Shown here one piece after another: positions 23,273-32,779 of a stretch of 40,339 nt of DNA (within the stretch, counting starts at the first letter, position 1; every line of letters starts with the position of its first letter). The stretch lies in IMG/VR virus record IMGVR_UViG_3300024989_000002, one strand, 5' to 3'. Below the pieces are notes generated by a model. That model did no database searches. It worked only from the letters and a program-made list of their open reading frames with translations, and was not told the origin of the DNA. The stretch is from a virus. The translations under genes and the position numbers were made by a program.

Positions 23273-23644
23273 ATGGCACGCGCAACTCTCACCCCCACCG
23301 CCCTCGTCCCGAACGCGGGCATCAACGACCCCGCCGGCACCGCGTCGACCGCGGGCGCAGGAAACGGCTTCACCGTCCCGTACGCGGGATCGAAGCACAT
23401 CCTCCTCCGCGTCACCAACGGCACCGGCGGATCCGGCACCGCGACCGTCCTCGCCGGTTCGCAGCCGTCGGCGATCGCGTCGGGCCAGGGCAGCCTCGCC
23501 GACACGGTCGGTGCCGGGGCGACGCGCTGGCTCGGCCCGTTCGAGTCCGCCCGGTTCCAGCAGCCGGACGGTTCCCTCGCGATCGACACGTCCGTGGTCA
23601 TGACCGTGACCGCGTTCTCGGTCGACGGCCGCTACGTGGGCTGA
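23273..23644 (+). CDS. Head-associated hypothetical protein, 123 aa
   Basis: GAAAGGAG RBS; Gly/Thr/Ala-rich beta-type composition; lies directly after the capsid gene. Confidence 0.6.
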   Translation: MARATLTPTALVPNAGINDPAGTASTAGAGNGFTVPYAGSKHILLRVTNGTGGSGTATVLAGSQPSAIASGQGSLADTVGAGATRWLGPFESARFQQPDGSLAIDTSVVMTVTAFSVDGRYVG

Positions 23645-23648
23645 TCCC

Positions 23649-23972
23649 ATGAGCGACACGTCGGCTGAGAAGCCTCACTTGTTCGTCCGTGGAGAGGGTG
23701 GGGCCATCTTCAAGATGGACCTACCCCTCCACGAGACGATCGAGGACCGTCTCACCAAGGGCCACCTCGTGCGCGTCGCGAACGCGGACGGCGACCCGTA
23801 CACCCCCGGACAGGACGGCCCGGAAACGGCCGGCCTGCCCACACAGCGACCCGCACTGAACGCGAGCAAGGCGACCTGGGTCGGCTGGGCTGTCGCGAAC
23901 GGCATGACGCCGGACGACGCCGAAGCCGCCACGAAGGACGACCTGATCGAGAAGTTCGGGATCGGGAAGTGA
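23649..23972 (+). CDS. Hypothetical head-module protein, 107 aa
   Basis: Normal composition; last gene before a hairpin. Confidence 0.55.
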   Translation: MSDTSAEKPHLFVRGEGGAIFKMDLPLHETIEDRLTKGHLVRVANADGDPYTPGQDGPETAGLPTQRPALNASKATWVGWAVANGMTPDDAEAATKDDLIEKFGIGK

Positions 23973-23979
23973 CCGCCTG

Positions 23980-24008
23980 GTGGGCGGGGCCTCACACGCC
24001 CCGCCCAC
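23980..24008 (+). terminator. 11-bp perfect GC hairpin between the capsid and connector modules (terminator or attenuator)
   Basis: GTGGGCGGGGC (23980-23990), loop ctcacac, GCCCCGCCCAC (23998-24008). No U-tract follows. Confidence 0.45.
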
Positions 24009-24033
24009 TGGCACCACACGAAGGGAGCCGGTC

Positions 24034-24495
24034 ATGAGCATGTCCTTCGGGAGCTTCGTCGTTCCCACACGCCTCGCCGAGTCGACGGACCTGACCAACT
24101 GGACGGGCGACGCGGCACCCTCGAACGCTGACGCGATCCTCCGCTCCTGTACGACTCTCGTGCTCGAGGCTGTCCAGGGCGTGATCTGCGACGTCGACCC
24201 GAGCACGGGTCTCGCCACCGACCCGGTCATCGCCGGCGCGCTGCGTGACGCGACGTGCATTCAGGCTGCCGCGTGGATCGCGCTCGGCATCGACCCGGCC
24301 ACGGGCGGGATCGTGCAGGCGTCGAAGAACGCCCGCTCCAAGGGCATCGGGTCCGCCCGCATCGAGTACTCCGACGCGGAAGTGCAAGCCGTCGCCGCCG
24401 CGCGCGCTGCCGCGTACAGCGGCCTCGTTCCGGAAGCGACCTCGTACCTGCAGCAGCGCAACCTGCTCGGCACGAACATCTGGACACTCGGATGA
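24034..24495 (+). CDS. Head-tail connector / adaptor protein, 153 aa
   Basis: GAAGGGAG RBS; position and size. Confidence 0.6.
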   Translation: MSMSFGSFVVPTRLAESTDLTNWTGDAAPSNADAILRSCTTLVLEAVQGVICDVDPSTGLATDPVIAGALRDATCIQAAAWIALGIDPATGGIVQASKNARSKGIGSARIEYSDAEVQAVAAARAAAYSGLVPEATSYLQQRNLLGTNIWTLG

Positions 24496-24833
24496 GCGAC
24501 GAGCTCGCGGACTTCTACGTCCACACCGTCACCGTGCAGACCAGCATTCGCACCAGCGGGTACGGCGTTGACGTGTTCAACGACCCGGTGATGCTGACGC
24601 CCACCGGCGGCACGGGATGCTTCGTGGAACGCAAGCGCCGCCTCGTCCGCAACAACGCTGGCGCGGAAGTCGTCTCCGAGACGACCCTCTACACCTACCC
24701 GGCCGCCGCCGACCTCTTCACCGTCGACTCCCTGGTCTCCACAGGCGGCGTCGACTCCCGCGTGATCACCGTCGCCCAGTCCGACTCCGGCGACCTCGAC
24801 CTCCCCGACCACATCGCGGTCTACCTGACGTAG
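24492..24833 (+). CDS. Head closure / head-tail joining protein, 113 aa
   Basis: ATGA-coupled; position and size. Confidence 0.6.
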   Translation: MSDELADFYVHTVTVQTSIRTSGYGVDVFNDPVMLTPTGGTGCFVERKRRLVRNNAGAEVVSETTLYTYPAAADLFTVDSLVSTGGVDSRVITVAQSDSGDLDLPDHIAVYLT

Positions 24834-24840
24834 GAGCGAC

Positions 24841-25176
24841 ATGTCCGACGGCAGCCTGTTCGAGAAGCTCACCGCCCTCGAGCAGGCGGTCGACGATCTC
24901 ACCCCGCTCGCTGTGGGACGCGGGATGGAGCACATCCGCGGGGTCGCCGCCGACCTCACCCCGATCCGCGAAGGTCACCTCGTCGGGTCCGCGTCGGTGA
25001 CCGTGCACGGCGACGAAGCGAACCTGACCTACCCGGGACCGTACGCCCGCCGCCAGCACTTCGAACTGACCTGGAAGCACACGCACGGGCAGGCTCTGTA
25101 CCTCGAGCAGCCAATGCGCACCGAAGCGGAAGCCGCGTTGAAGATCATCGCCGACACGCTCGGGGAGGCGTTCTGA
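24841..25176 (+). CDS. HK97-gp10-like neck protein, 111 aa
   Basis: AADLTPIREGHLVGSASV pattern and position. Confidence 0.6.
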   Translation: MSDGSLFEKLTALEQAVDDLTPLAVGRGMEHIRGVAADLTPIREGHLVGSASVTVHGDEANLTYPGPYARRQHFELTWKHTHGQALYLEQPMRTEAEAALKIIADTLGEAF

Positions 25177-25628
25177 TGGGCACCACCAGTGAACTGATCG
25201 ACGGGTTCGCGGCGCTGATCTCGGCCGCGGGGATCGCCGTGTGGGATCCGGCGGGCGTGTACACCGCCGACCAGACGGGCATCTTCCGGAAGGTGCTCCC
25301 CCCCGCACCCGACCGGGCGATCGCGTTGACGATCGTCGACACCAGCGACGACCCGACGATGCCGCTCGGTTCGAAGATGCTGCAGGTCCGCGGCCGCGGT
25401 GTCCCCGGGGACCCGACCGACGTCGATGACCTCCTCGACCCGATCTTCACGGTCCTCCACGGTCTCACCGGCATCACCGTCGGGTCGCAGACCGTGATCC
25501 AGTGCCTGCGGCGAATCTCCGCCCCGATGGGCACGGACCAGTCGAAACGCTGGGAACGCGCCGACCAGTACTACCTCGACGTCGACGCCCCACCGACCGA
25601 CCTGCGCCCCGAACGCGGCGCCTGGTAA
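25176..25628 (+). CDS. Tail terminator protein, 150 aa
   Basis: Lies immediately upstream of the major tail gene; TGATG coupling. Confidence 0.6.
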   Translation: MGTTSELIDGFAALISAAGIAVWDPAGVYTADQTGIFRKVLPPAPDRAIALTIVDTSDDPTMPLGSKMLQVRGRGVPGDPTDVDDLLDPIFTVLHGLTGITVGSQTVIQCLRRISAPMGTDQSKRWERADQYYLDVDAPPTDLRPERGAW

Positions 25629-25727
25629 TCCCCACCCCTCGACCACCGACACTCCCGTCGGTGCCCGCCCCCGAACCGCTTGGTGAGGGGCTTTCACCCT
25701 GCCCCGATCAGCCTGAGGAGGCTCATC

Positions 25728-26432
25728 ATGACCACCGCTCTCGCCCGACGGTTCCGACTCGACGTCTCGTCGATCGCGAACCCCACCGCGTGGCTGCCCT
25801 TCAAGGGCATCAACGACCTGAACACCCCCGTCAGCCCCAACCTGCAGGCCGCCGACGACTACGACACCAACGGGTTCTCGTCGTTCGAGAAGACCATGCA
25901 GGGCTGGGTCGTCACCGCGAAGGCGCTCCGCAAGACCGTCGCCGGGGTGTTCGACGCCGGCCAGGAACTCGTCCGGGCCGCGCAGCTCGGCTGGGGCGAC
26001 GCGGCCCGCGTGAACGTCCGCTGGTACGACCGCAACGGCGGCCCGGAGGCGTTCCAGGGCGTCGCGATCGTCGGATGGGTACCGTCGAAGACCGGCGTCA
26101 CCGACCTCGACGAGATCACCGCGACGTTCACCGGCGACGGGATCCTGTCCCCGATCGCGAACCCGTTCAGCGACCCGATCGCCCCGATCATCCTCGGTGC
26201 GTCGCCGTCCGGTGTCGCCGCCGGCGGGATCATCAACATCACCGGTTCCGGCTTCGCGGGCGTGACGGGCGCTGCGGGCGTGAAGATCGGCGGCACGAAC
26301 GCGTCGAGCTACATCGTCGTGTCCGACAACACGATCGTCGCCGTCCTCCCCGCCGGTTCCGCCGGGTCCGCGCCGATCACGACCACGAACCTGTCCGGCA
26401 CCTCCGCCGCCTTCCCCTACACCCGGGCGTAA
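25728..26432 (+). CDS. Major tail protein with a C-terminal Ig-like (IPT/TIG-type) domain, 234 aa
   Basis: GAGGAGG RBS. The C-terminal PIILGASPSGVAAGGIINITGSGFAGVTG...VKIGGTNASSYIVVSDNTIVAVLPAG is an IPT-like pattern. Confidence 0.8.
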   Translation: MTTALARRFRLDVSSIANPTAWLPFKGINDLNTPVSPNLQAADDYDTNGFSSFEKTMQGWVVTAKALRKTVAGVFDAGQELVRAAQLGWGDAARVNVRWYDRNGGPEAFQGVAIVGWVPSKTGVTDLDEITATFTGDGILSPIANPFSDPIAPIILGASPSGVAAGGIINITGSGFAGVTGAAGVKIGGTNASSYIVVSDNTIVAVLPAGSAGSAPITTTNLSGTSAAFPYTRA

Positions 26433-26438
26433 CACACC

Positions 26439-26474
26439 CCTCGGGCGCGCGGATGGGGATGCGCGCGCCCGAGG
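26439..26474 (+). terminator. 13-bp perfect GC hairpin after the major tail gene
   Basis: CCTCGGGCGCGCG (26439-26451), 10-nt loop, CGCGCGCCCGAGG (26462-26474). Confidence 0.5.
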
Positions 26475-26503
26475 TCCATCCCCACAGAAAGGTCCCCACC
26501 ACC

Positions 26504-26941
26504 ATGACTCTGCGCGAGTTCACCGACTTCGCCGACGGGCCCCTCGCCTTCCCCTACAAGGGCAAGGTCTACACCGCCCCCGCCATCGGAATCGACCTCG
26601 GCATCCGCCTGTCCGGCATCCTCAACAAGGGCGAGGACGCCGACCGCAGCTTCGAAGAGATGTGGCCTGACCTGTTCGGTCAGGAACTGCTCGACGAGAT
26701 GCGCGCCGACGGGGTCCCGATCCTGTTCGTCACGCGCGCCGCGGCGACGATCCTCGCCGACTTCGAGTATGGCCGCGAGTACGCGACCGCGATGTGGGAG
26801 ACCGGTGCCGACCCAAAAGCGATGGTGGAGTACCTGAAGTCGAAGGGCAATCGGGCTACGAGGCGATCGCGCAGTACGGGTGGGGCGAGCAAGACCCCGT
26901 CACCGGCATCTTCGAAGGCTACGACCTCCCGAAAGAGCTGA
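26504..26941 (+). CDS. Tail assembly chaperone (G-like), 145 aa
   Basis: Lies between the major tail and tape measure genes. The last ~30 codons have reduced GC3 and an off-frame-like Arg/Ser/Thr composition. Confidence 0.7.
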   Translation: MTLREFTDFADGPLAFPYKGKVYTAPAIGIDLGIRLSGILNKGEDADRSFEEMWPDLFGQELLDEMRADGVPILFVTRAAATILADFEYGREYATAMWETGADPKAMVEYLKSKGNRATRRSRSTGGASKTPSPASSKATTSRKS

Positions 26942-27165
26942 GGAAGCCGTCCGGGTCGGTCGCGTTCGTCGACATCCTCGCCCAGTGGGTGCTGCTCGTC
27001 GGCACCTTCCATCAGGTCCTGCACGTCGACCTCGAGTCCGTGTGGCGGGTGAAGCCGTGGCGCTGGTTCGAGACGCGCGTGAAGTTCCTGATGACCACCG
27101 ACACCCCACTCGCCCGGTACTTCGCGCCGGAGGAACCGCAGGAGGTGCCCGGTGAGCGTGAATGA
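26504..27165 (+). CDS. Tail assembly chaperone G-T fusion made by a programmed -1 frameshift near 26842-26848
   Basis: By hand count of 30 codons, GC3 is about 90 percent in the -1 frame and about 67 percent in the zero frame downstream of ~26850, and the reverse upstream. The -1 frame reads SGYEAIAQYGWGEQDPVTGIFEGYDLPKEL... and ends at 27165, overlapping the tape measure start. Confidence 0.6.
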
Positions 27166-29953
27166 GGGTCCCACCACGGTCGGTTCGATCGTGGGGAAGC
27201 TGCGGATGGATCGCGACGAGTGGGTCGCGCAGCTCGCCGCGACGAAGAAGGACATCCACGACATCGAGTCGGCGGACCCGAACATCCGGGTCGGCGCGAC
27301 GACGGGCGAGGCTGTCGCGAAGCTCGCCGCGGTGGAGCAGTCCACGCGGCGCGTGTCCCGGTCGACGGACACCGTCACCGCCGCGCAGGCGCGTCTCACG
27401 ACCGCGATGCACGCCGCCGACACCGCGTACGCGCGCGCGCAGCTCGCGCAGATGCGGTTGACGGAGCTGCAGGACCGCGGCGTGACGACGGGTTCCCGGT
27501 TCGCGGCCGCCGAACTCGCGGTGACGGAGGCGCTTCGACGTCTGGACGTCGCGAACGAGAAGGCGACCGCGTCGGAGGTCGCGTTGACCGCCGCGCAGCA
27601 GGCCGCCGCGGCCGCGGCGCTCGAGGAAGCCTCCGCGCAGGACGACGTCGAACGTTCCACGGTGAAAGCGAACGAAGCGAACCGCACGAACGTGACCCGT
27701 GTCGGCGCGATCGCGGCGGCCGTCGCGCTCCTCGTCCCCCTCCTCGCCCCTGTCGGCGCGGTCGCGGTCGGCGTCGCGGGTGCGCTGCTCGGGATGGGTT
27801 CCGCCGGCGTGCTCGCCCTGTTCGGCATCCGGAAGGAGATGCAGGACGGCACGGTCGTCGGCGGGATGTACCGCAACGGCCTGTCGGACCTGAAGGGCAT
27901 CTTCGACACCCTGTCGCGCACCGCCGCGGTGAACATGCTCGGCTCGTTCCGGGACGTGGTGTCGCAGATCCGCGCGGACATGCCGATGCTGAACACCCAG
28001 GTGGGGCAGTTCTCGGTGATCCTCGGGCGGACGGGCTCGGCGGCCATCGCGGGCACGATCAGCAGCCTCCGTGTGCTGAACCCGTTGTTCCTGACCGCGG
28101 GCCTGTACGTGCAGAGCCTCGCGGAAGGGTTCCAGCGGTGGGCGTCGGGGTCAGGGATCGAGAAGTTCGCCGGCTACGCGCTGTCGATGCTCCCGACCGT
28201 CACCGACGTGCTCGGCAAGCTCGCGGCGATGGTGATGCACATCCTCGAGGCCCTCGCCCCGCTCGGTCAGATCGGCCTGACAGTGCTGTCCGGGATCGCG
28301 ACGGCGATCGACGCTATCCCCGTCGACGTGCTGTCACAGCTCATCGTGACGATCACGTGGGGGGCGGTCGCGTTCAAGGCTTGGGGCTTCATCGCCCCGA
28401 TGCTCGCGTCGATCGCGAGCACCATGGGCGCGGTCGGTGTCGCGTCGACCATCGCGACGGGCCCGGTCGGGTGGATCGTCGCGGGGCTGTCGGCCCTCGC
28501 CGGCGTGTTCGCGGTCGTCATCGCTCAGCAGACCGACGCGACGCAGGCCATGCAGGACTACACCGCCGCGGTGCAGGCCGACAACGGCGTGATCGGTGAG
28601 AACGTGCGCCAGAAGGCCGCGCAGAAGCTCGCCGACGCCGGCGCGTACGCGAACGCGAAGCTCCTCGGCATCAGCACCCAGGTCGTCACTCAGGCGGTGC
28701 TCGGCAACGCGGACGCGCAGAAGAAGCTGAACGAGGCGCTCGGCGTGGGACGGAACCAGCAGGAGTGGCTCAACCAGACCACCGACAAGACCGGCCAGAA
28801 CCTGCTGGACGTCGCGACGGCCGCCGCCGACCTGACCACCGCGGTGAACACCAACCGCGACGCGATCTCGGGCGAGATCACCCGGAACAAGGAGCTGCAG
28901 GACGCGCTCGGGGACACGACCGAAGCGACCAACGCTCAGACCTCCGCCGACACGGCCGCGGCGGCTGCCCTCGGAATCTCCGTGTCGGCGATCCAGGCCG
29001 CTCGAGCCTCGCAGAAGGACATGAAGTCCTCGACCGAGGAGGCGACCGCGCAGATGTACCTGCAGGGCGACGCCGCTGGCCTCCTGAAGCAGCAGCTCGA
29101 CCTGCTTAACGGGAAGGCGATCTCCACCGCGGACGCGCAGAACCGGTTCGACTCGTCGCTCGCGAACATGGGCGCCCACATTGACAAGACCGGCAAGGAC
29201 GTGAAGCGCGCGACCACGAACCTTGAGGGGATGTCGGCGGCCGCCGTCGCGAACCGGGGCGAGCTGATCTCGTCCGTGCAGGCCGCGCAGAACGCCGCCC
29301 AGGCTTATCGCGACAACGGTGCGAGCAGCGAGGACGCGCGGAAGAAGCTCGTCGACATGAAGAAGGCGATCATCGAGCACGCGGTGGAGCTCGGGGAGGA
29401 CCGGAAGCAGGTCGAGGCGTTCGTGAACTCGATCTTCCAGATCCCCGCCGAGGTGCCCAAGACGAAGGTCGAGGTCGACACGGCGGCCGCGAACGCGCAG
29501 ATCGCGGCCCTGCAGAAGAACCTCGAGCAGCTCTCTCGCAACATCGACATCGCGGTGAAGCTGCATGGCGCGGAGAACCTGTCGAATGTGACCGGTGGTG
29601 TCGCGTTCGCGAACGGTGGCACACCCCGCGGGCTCGCCGGCGGTGGCGGCGGCAGCGTGCTCGGCCGCGGCACCGCCGGGTCGGACACGGCCGGCCTTTA
29701 TCGCCTCGCGAACGGTGAAGAGGTCACCTCGAACGTGTTCGGGCAGGCCGACCGGAACCGCGCCCTGCTGAAGCAGATCAACGCGGGATACACGCCCACG
29801 ATCCCGACCATGCAGCAGGCCCCGCAGGCCGTGAAGCAAAAGGCGACGGAGGTGCACATTCACGTGTCCGGGGTGAACCAGGAAGACCCGCGCGTGCTCG
29901 GCGCGGTCGTCGGCGGCGAGGTCGGGCGTCAGCTTCGGGTGCTGAAGAAGTGA
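27152..29953 (+). CDS. Tape measure protein, 933 aa
   Basis: Longest gene in the window; Ala-rich helical protein with central hydrophobic segments; canonical position. Confidence 0.92.
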   Translation: MSVNEGPTTVGSIVGKLRMDRDEWVAQLAATKKDIHDIESADPNIRVGATTGEAVAKLAAVEQSTRRVSRSTDTVTAAQARLTTAMHAADTAYARAQLAQMRLTELQDRGVTTGSRFAAAELAVTEALRRLDVANEKATASEVALTAAQQAAAAAALEEASAQDDVERSTVKANEANRTNVTRVGAIAAAVALLVPLLAPVGAVAVGVAGALLGMGSAGVLALFGIRKEMQDGTVVGGMYRNGLSDLKGIFDTLSRTAAVNMLGSFRDVVSQIRADMPMLNTQVGQFSVILGRTGSAAIAGTISSLRVLNPLFLTAGLYVQSLAEGFQRWASGSGIEKFAGYALSMLPTVTDVLGKLAAMVMHILEALAPLGQIGLTVLSGIATAIDAIPVDVLSQLIVTITWGAVAFKAWGFIAPMLASIASTMGAVGVASTIATGPVGWIVAGLSALAGVFAVVIAQQTDATQAMQDYTAAVQADNGVIGENVRQKAAQKLADAGAYANAKLLGISTQVVTQAVLGNADAQKKLNEALGVGRNQQEWLNQTTDKTGQNLLDVATAAADLTTAVNTNRDAISGEITRNKELQDALGDTTEATNAQTSADTAAAAALGISVSAIQAARASQKDMKSSTEEATAQMYLQGDAAGLLKQQLDLLNGKAISTADAQNRFDSSLANMGAHIDKTGKDVKRATTNLEGMSAAAVANRGELISSVQAAQNAAQAYRDNGASSEDARKKLVDMKKAIIEHAVELGEDRKQVEAFVNSIFQIPAEVPKTKVEVDTAAANAQIAALQKNLEQLSRNIDIAVKLHGAENLSNVTGGVAFANGGTPRGLAGGGGGSVLGRGTAGSDTAGLYRLANGEEVTSNVFGQADRNRALLKQINAGYTPTIPTMQQAPQAVKQKATEVHIHVSGVNQEDPRVLGAVVGGEVGRQLRVLKK

Positions 29954-30807
29954 GCACCGTCACCCTGACCTCCATCGGCGGGTCCGTCACGATGTACGGC
30001 GAGAACCAGCGCGCCGACGGCGTCTACCAGGTGGGTGCGCAGTTCTTCTCCGACTGGTACACGGTGTCCGACTCGAAGACCGAGATCCGTGAGCGGCCCG
30101 CCGGCGACGGCGCGTTCGGCATCGACCGTGACTGGCGGTCGTCGTTGATGCTGAACATGGCGGGCCGCTTCCGCGGTGCGGGCTGGGCGTCCATGCTCAT
30201 GGCGTTGCGGAGCATCCTGATCGTCGGGGTGCCCGTGACCATCACGGTCGTCGACGACTTCGGGGAGACGACGCGGGTGGTGTCGGTGCGGCGCTTCGTG
30301 CCCACACCGAACCCGGGCGCGCAGCTCGTCGAGTTCCAGCTCGTCGTCCTCGCGACCGACCCGCTCATGTACGGGCCGATCCGCTCCGCGTCGACGACCC
30401 CGCCGACGTCCGGCACCGGCCAGCCGTGGCCGCAGGTGTGGCCCGTCGACTGGGGCACCCCGGGCATGGACGGCCGCGCGACCGCGGAGAACGGCGGCAG
30501 CGCCCCAAGCCCCCTCGTCCTCGCTGTCACGGGTGGTGCGGACGGTGTCGAGCTCGTCGAAATCCTGTCCGGACGGATCCTGCGCCTGGAACGCGTCATC
30601 CCGGTCGGCTCGACGGTCGTGTTCGACGTGTCGCTGTCGGTCGCGTACCTCGACCTGCCCGAGAACGACATCACCGGGTTCATGACCCGCAGGGAATGGG
30701 ACGGGTTCCAGATCCCCGCGTTCGGATCCCGCATCGTGCAGTTCAACCCGCTCGGCACCGTCATCGGCACCCCGCTCTTGACGTTGTCGTGGTCCGACGC
30801 GAACTGA
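29950..30807 (+). CDS. Distal tail protein (Dit-like), 285 aa
   Basis: GTGA-coupled to the tape measure gene; position and size. Confidence 0.7.
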   Translation: MSTVTLTSIGGSVTMYGENQRADGVYQVGAQFFSDWYTVSDSKTEIRERPAGDGAFGIDRDWRSSLMLNMAGRFRGAGWASMLMALRSILIVGVPVTITVVDDFGETTRVVSVRRFVPTPNPGAQLVEFQLVVLATDPLMYGPIRSASTTPPTSGTGQPWPQVWPVDWGTPGMDGRATAENGGSAPSPLVLAVTGGADGVELVEILSGRILRLERVIPVGSTVVFDVSLSVAYLDLPENDITGFMTRREWDGFQIPAFGSRIVQFNPLGTVIGTPLLTLSWSDAN

Positions 30808-30816
30808 GGGGGTCGG

Positions 30817-32010
30817 ATGCTGCGCTGGTTCATCGCCGATCTCCGCACCGGACGGCAACTCATCGACATCCAGGTGATGGCGGAGTCAACCTGGTCACGC
30901 TCGCTGAACGCCCCGGAGAAGCTCACCGCGGTGCTCGACATGCAGGACCCCGCGACGATCGCGTTGCGGCCTCGGCAGACGATCCGGCCGGGGCGGTCGG
31001 TGCTCGCTGTCGCGGTCGGCGATGTGATCCTCGCGGCCGGGCCGGTGTGGGCTCACGACTACGACCGCGATCAGAAGACGCTGCGGGTGACCGCGGTCGG
31101 GCTGTGGTCGTACTTCGATCACCGCTACCTGCTGCCCCTCGCCGCAGCGACCGCGGATGTCGCGACGTTCATCGTCTCTGACCCGGCTTCGGCGGGCAAG
31201 ACTATGCCGAACGCCGCGCTCGCGACGAACCTGTCGAACCTCGAGTACGGCACGATCGCGAAACGGTGGGTGCAGCAGGCGCAGGCGTGGACCGGCGGCA
31301 ACGTGCCCGTCGTGTTCGAAGCCGATCGCGCCGGCGGCCGCGAGCGGAACGCGGACGCCGTCGACTTCAAGAACATCGGCACGCTGCTCACCCAGTTGAC
31401 GCAGCTGGAGGACGGCCCCGATATCCGGTTCAAGCCGCAGTTCGCCGCGGACCGGCTCGGCGTGCAGTTCCTGCTGCAGACCGGCACGGACGCGAACCCG
31501 CTGATCACCGGCACCGCGGTGCACCAGTGGACGGTGGGCGTGCCGGGCAGTGGGGTGTCGGCGTTGAAGGTCGGCGTCGACGCGACGACTCTCGCGTCGG
31601 TCGCGTGGGCGTCCGCCGGTCGTTCGGTGGACTCGGTGCTCGTGTCCCGCTCCACCGACCCCACACTCACCGATCTCGGCTTCCCGCTGTTCGAGTCGCT
31701 CGACACCAGCCATTCGACGGTCGTGATTCAGGACACGCTCGACGGCTACTCGGGCGAGGCGACCACGTTCGGGCGCGCCCCGCTCGAGACGTGGACGTTC
31801 ACAGTCGAGGCGGCACGGCAGCCGCTGCTCGGCGCGTACTGGGAGGGCGACTGGTGCGACATCACGATCCCCGCGTACGACCCGGATCAGGGCCACGGTG
31901 ACCCGTACGTGTTCGAACAGTCGACCCCGCGGCGTCGCATCGTCGCGTTCGACGGCAACGCGAAGGGACTCACCGTGAACGTGACGACTCAGGCGGCGGT
32001 CAATGGGTAA
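30817..32010 (+). CDS. Tail tip / Tal-like minor tail protein, 397 aa
   Basis: Lies after the Dit-like gene; GAGGGGG RBS. Confidence 0.6.
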   Translation: MLRWFIADLRTGRQLIDIQVMAESTWSRSLNAPEKLTAVLDMQDPATIALRPRQTIRPGRSVLAVAVGDVILAAGPVWAHDYDRDQKTLRVTAVGLWSYFDHRYLLPLAAATADVATFIVSDPASAGKTMPNAALATNLSNLEYGTIAKRWVQQAQAWTGGNVPVVFEADRAGGRERNADAVDFKNIGTLLTQLTQLEDGPDIRFKPQFAADRLGVQFLLQTGTDANPLITGTAVHQWTVGVPGSGVSALKVGVDATTLASVAWASAGRSVDSVLVSRSTDPTLTDLGFPLFESLDTSHSTVVIQDTLDGYSGEATTFGRAPLETWTFTVEAARQPLLGAYWEGDWCDITIPAYDPDQGHGDPYVFEQSTPRRRIVAFDGNAKGLTVNVTTQAAVNG

Positions 32011-32779
32011 GGGGTACGCCAGCCCGCCGCAGGGCGAGTACGGGGAGCTGGAGCGGATCCTCAGCGACGTGCAGACGCGGCTGAAGGAACTCGAGACCCC
32101 CACGGGCACGAGCGTGAACAGCCTCGTCGACCAGGTGCAGCAGGCGATCGCCGACATCACCACCACAGTGACCGCCGCGATCGACGCGAACTCGTACACG
32201 CGGGCTGAGATTAACGCGCTGGTCGCGAGCCCGGGCGCGATCGCGCCGACGACGGTGACCGCGTCGGGCAGCATGTCCACGGCGGGCGCTCTCACCACCG
32301 GAAGCGACACGGTCGTCGGCGGTCAACTCCGCGCGCTCGACGCGGTCACGAACGTGATCACCAGCGGCCGGTACGCGACGTGGATCGAGACCGCGACGGG
32401 CCGCTTCGGGAACACGTCATCGTCGCGCCGCTACAAGCAGGACATCACCGAGGCGCAGATCGACGCGGATGTGTTCCTCACGATCGTGCCGTTCGTTTTC
32501 CACTACATCGCCGAGGTCCGGAAGCGCGACGACCCCATGTTCGAGGGGTACGTCGGCCCCGACTACGTCGTCGCCGACGAGTACGGCCTGATGGCGGAAG
32601 ACCTGCACGCCGCCGGCCTCACACCGTGGGTGTACTACGACGCCGCCGGCCTCCCCGACTCCGTGAACTACACGATGCTCGTCGTCCCGCTCCTCGCGGT
32701 CGCGCGCGCTGAGAAGGCCGCGCGGGCGGCGCTCGAGGAGCGCGTGACGCGCCTCGAATCCCTGATGGAAGGACACTGA
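32003..32779 (+). CDS. Tail fibre with a C-terminal peptidase-S74 intramolecular chaperone domain, 258 aa
   Basis: N-terminal coiled coil, then GNTSSSRRYKQDITEAQIDADVFLTIVPFVFHY, which matches the S74 autoprocessing motif (S-x-R-x-K-x-x-I). Confidence 0.7.
   Translation: MGKGYASPPQGEYGELERILSDVQTRLKELETPTGTSVNSLVDQVQQAIADITTTVTAAIDANSYTRAEINALVASPGAIAPTTVTASGSMSTAGALTTGSDTVVGGQLRALDAVTNVITSGRYATWIETATGRFGNTSSSRRYKQDITEAQIDADVFLTIVPFVFHYIAEVRKRDDPMFEGYVGPDYVVADEYGLMAEDLHAAGLTPWVYYDAAGLPDSVNYTMLVVPLLAVARAEKAARAALEERVTRLESLMEGH

Noticed and set aside
26455-26483. Alternative pairing GGGGATG (26455-26461) with CATCCCC (26477-26483), which would compete with the terminator hairpin after the major tail gene (riboswitch or attenuator idea)
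   Set aside because: The 7-bp alternative is far weaker than the 13-bp GC stem it would have to displace, and no upstream leader peptide or ligand-type structure is evident. Probably coincidental.
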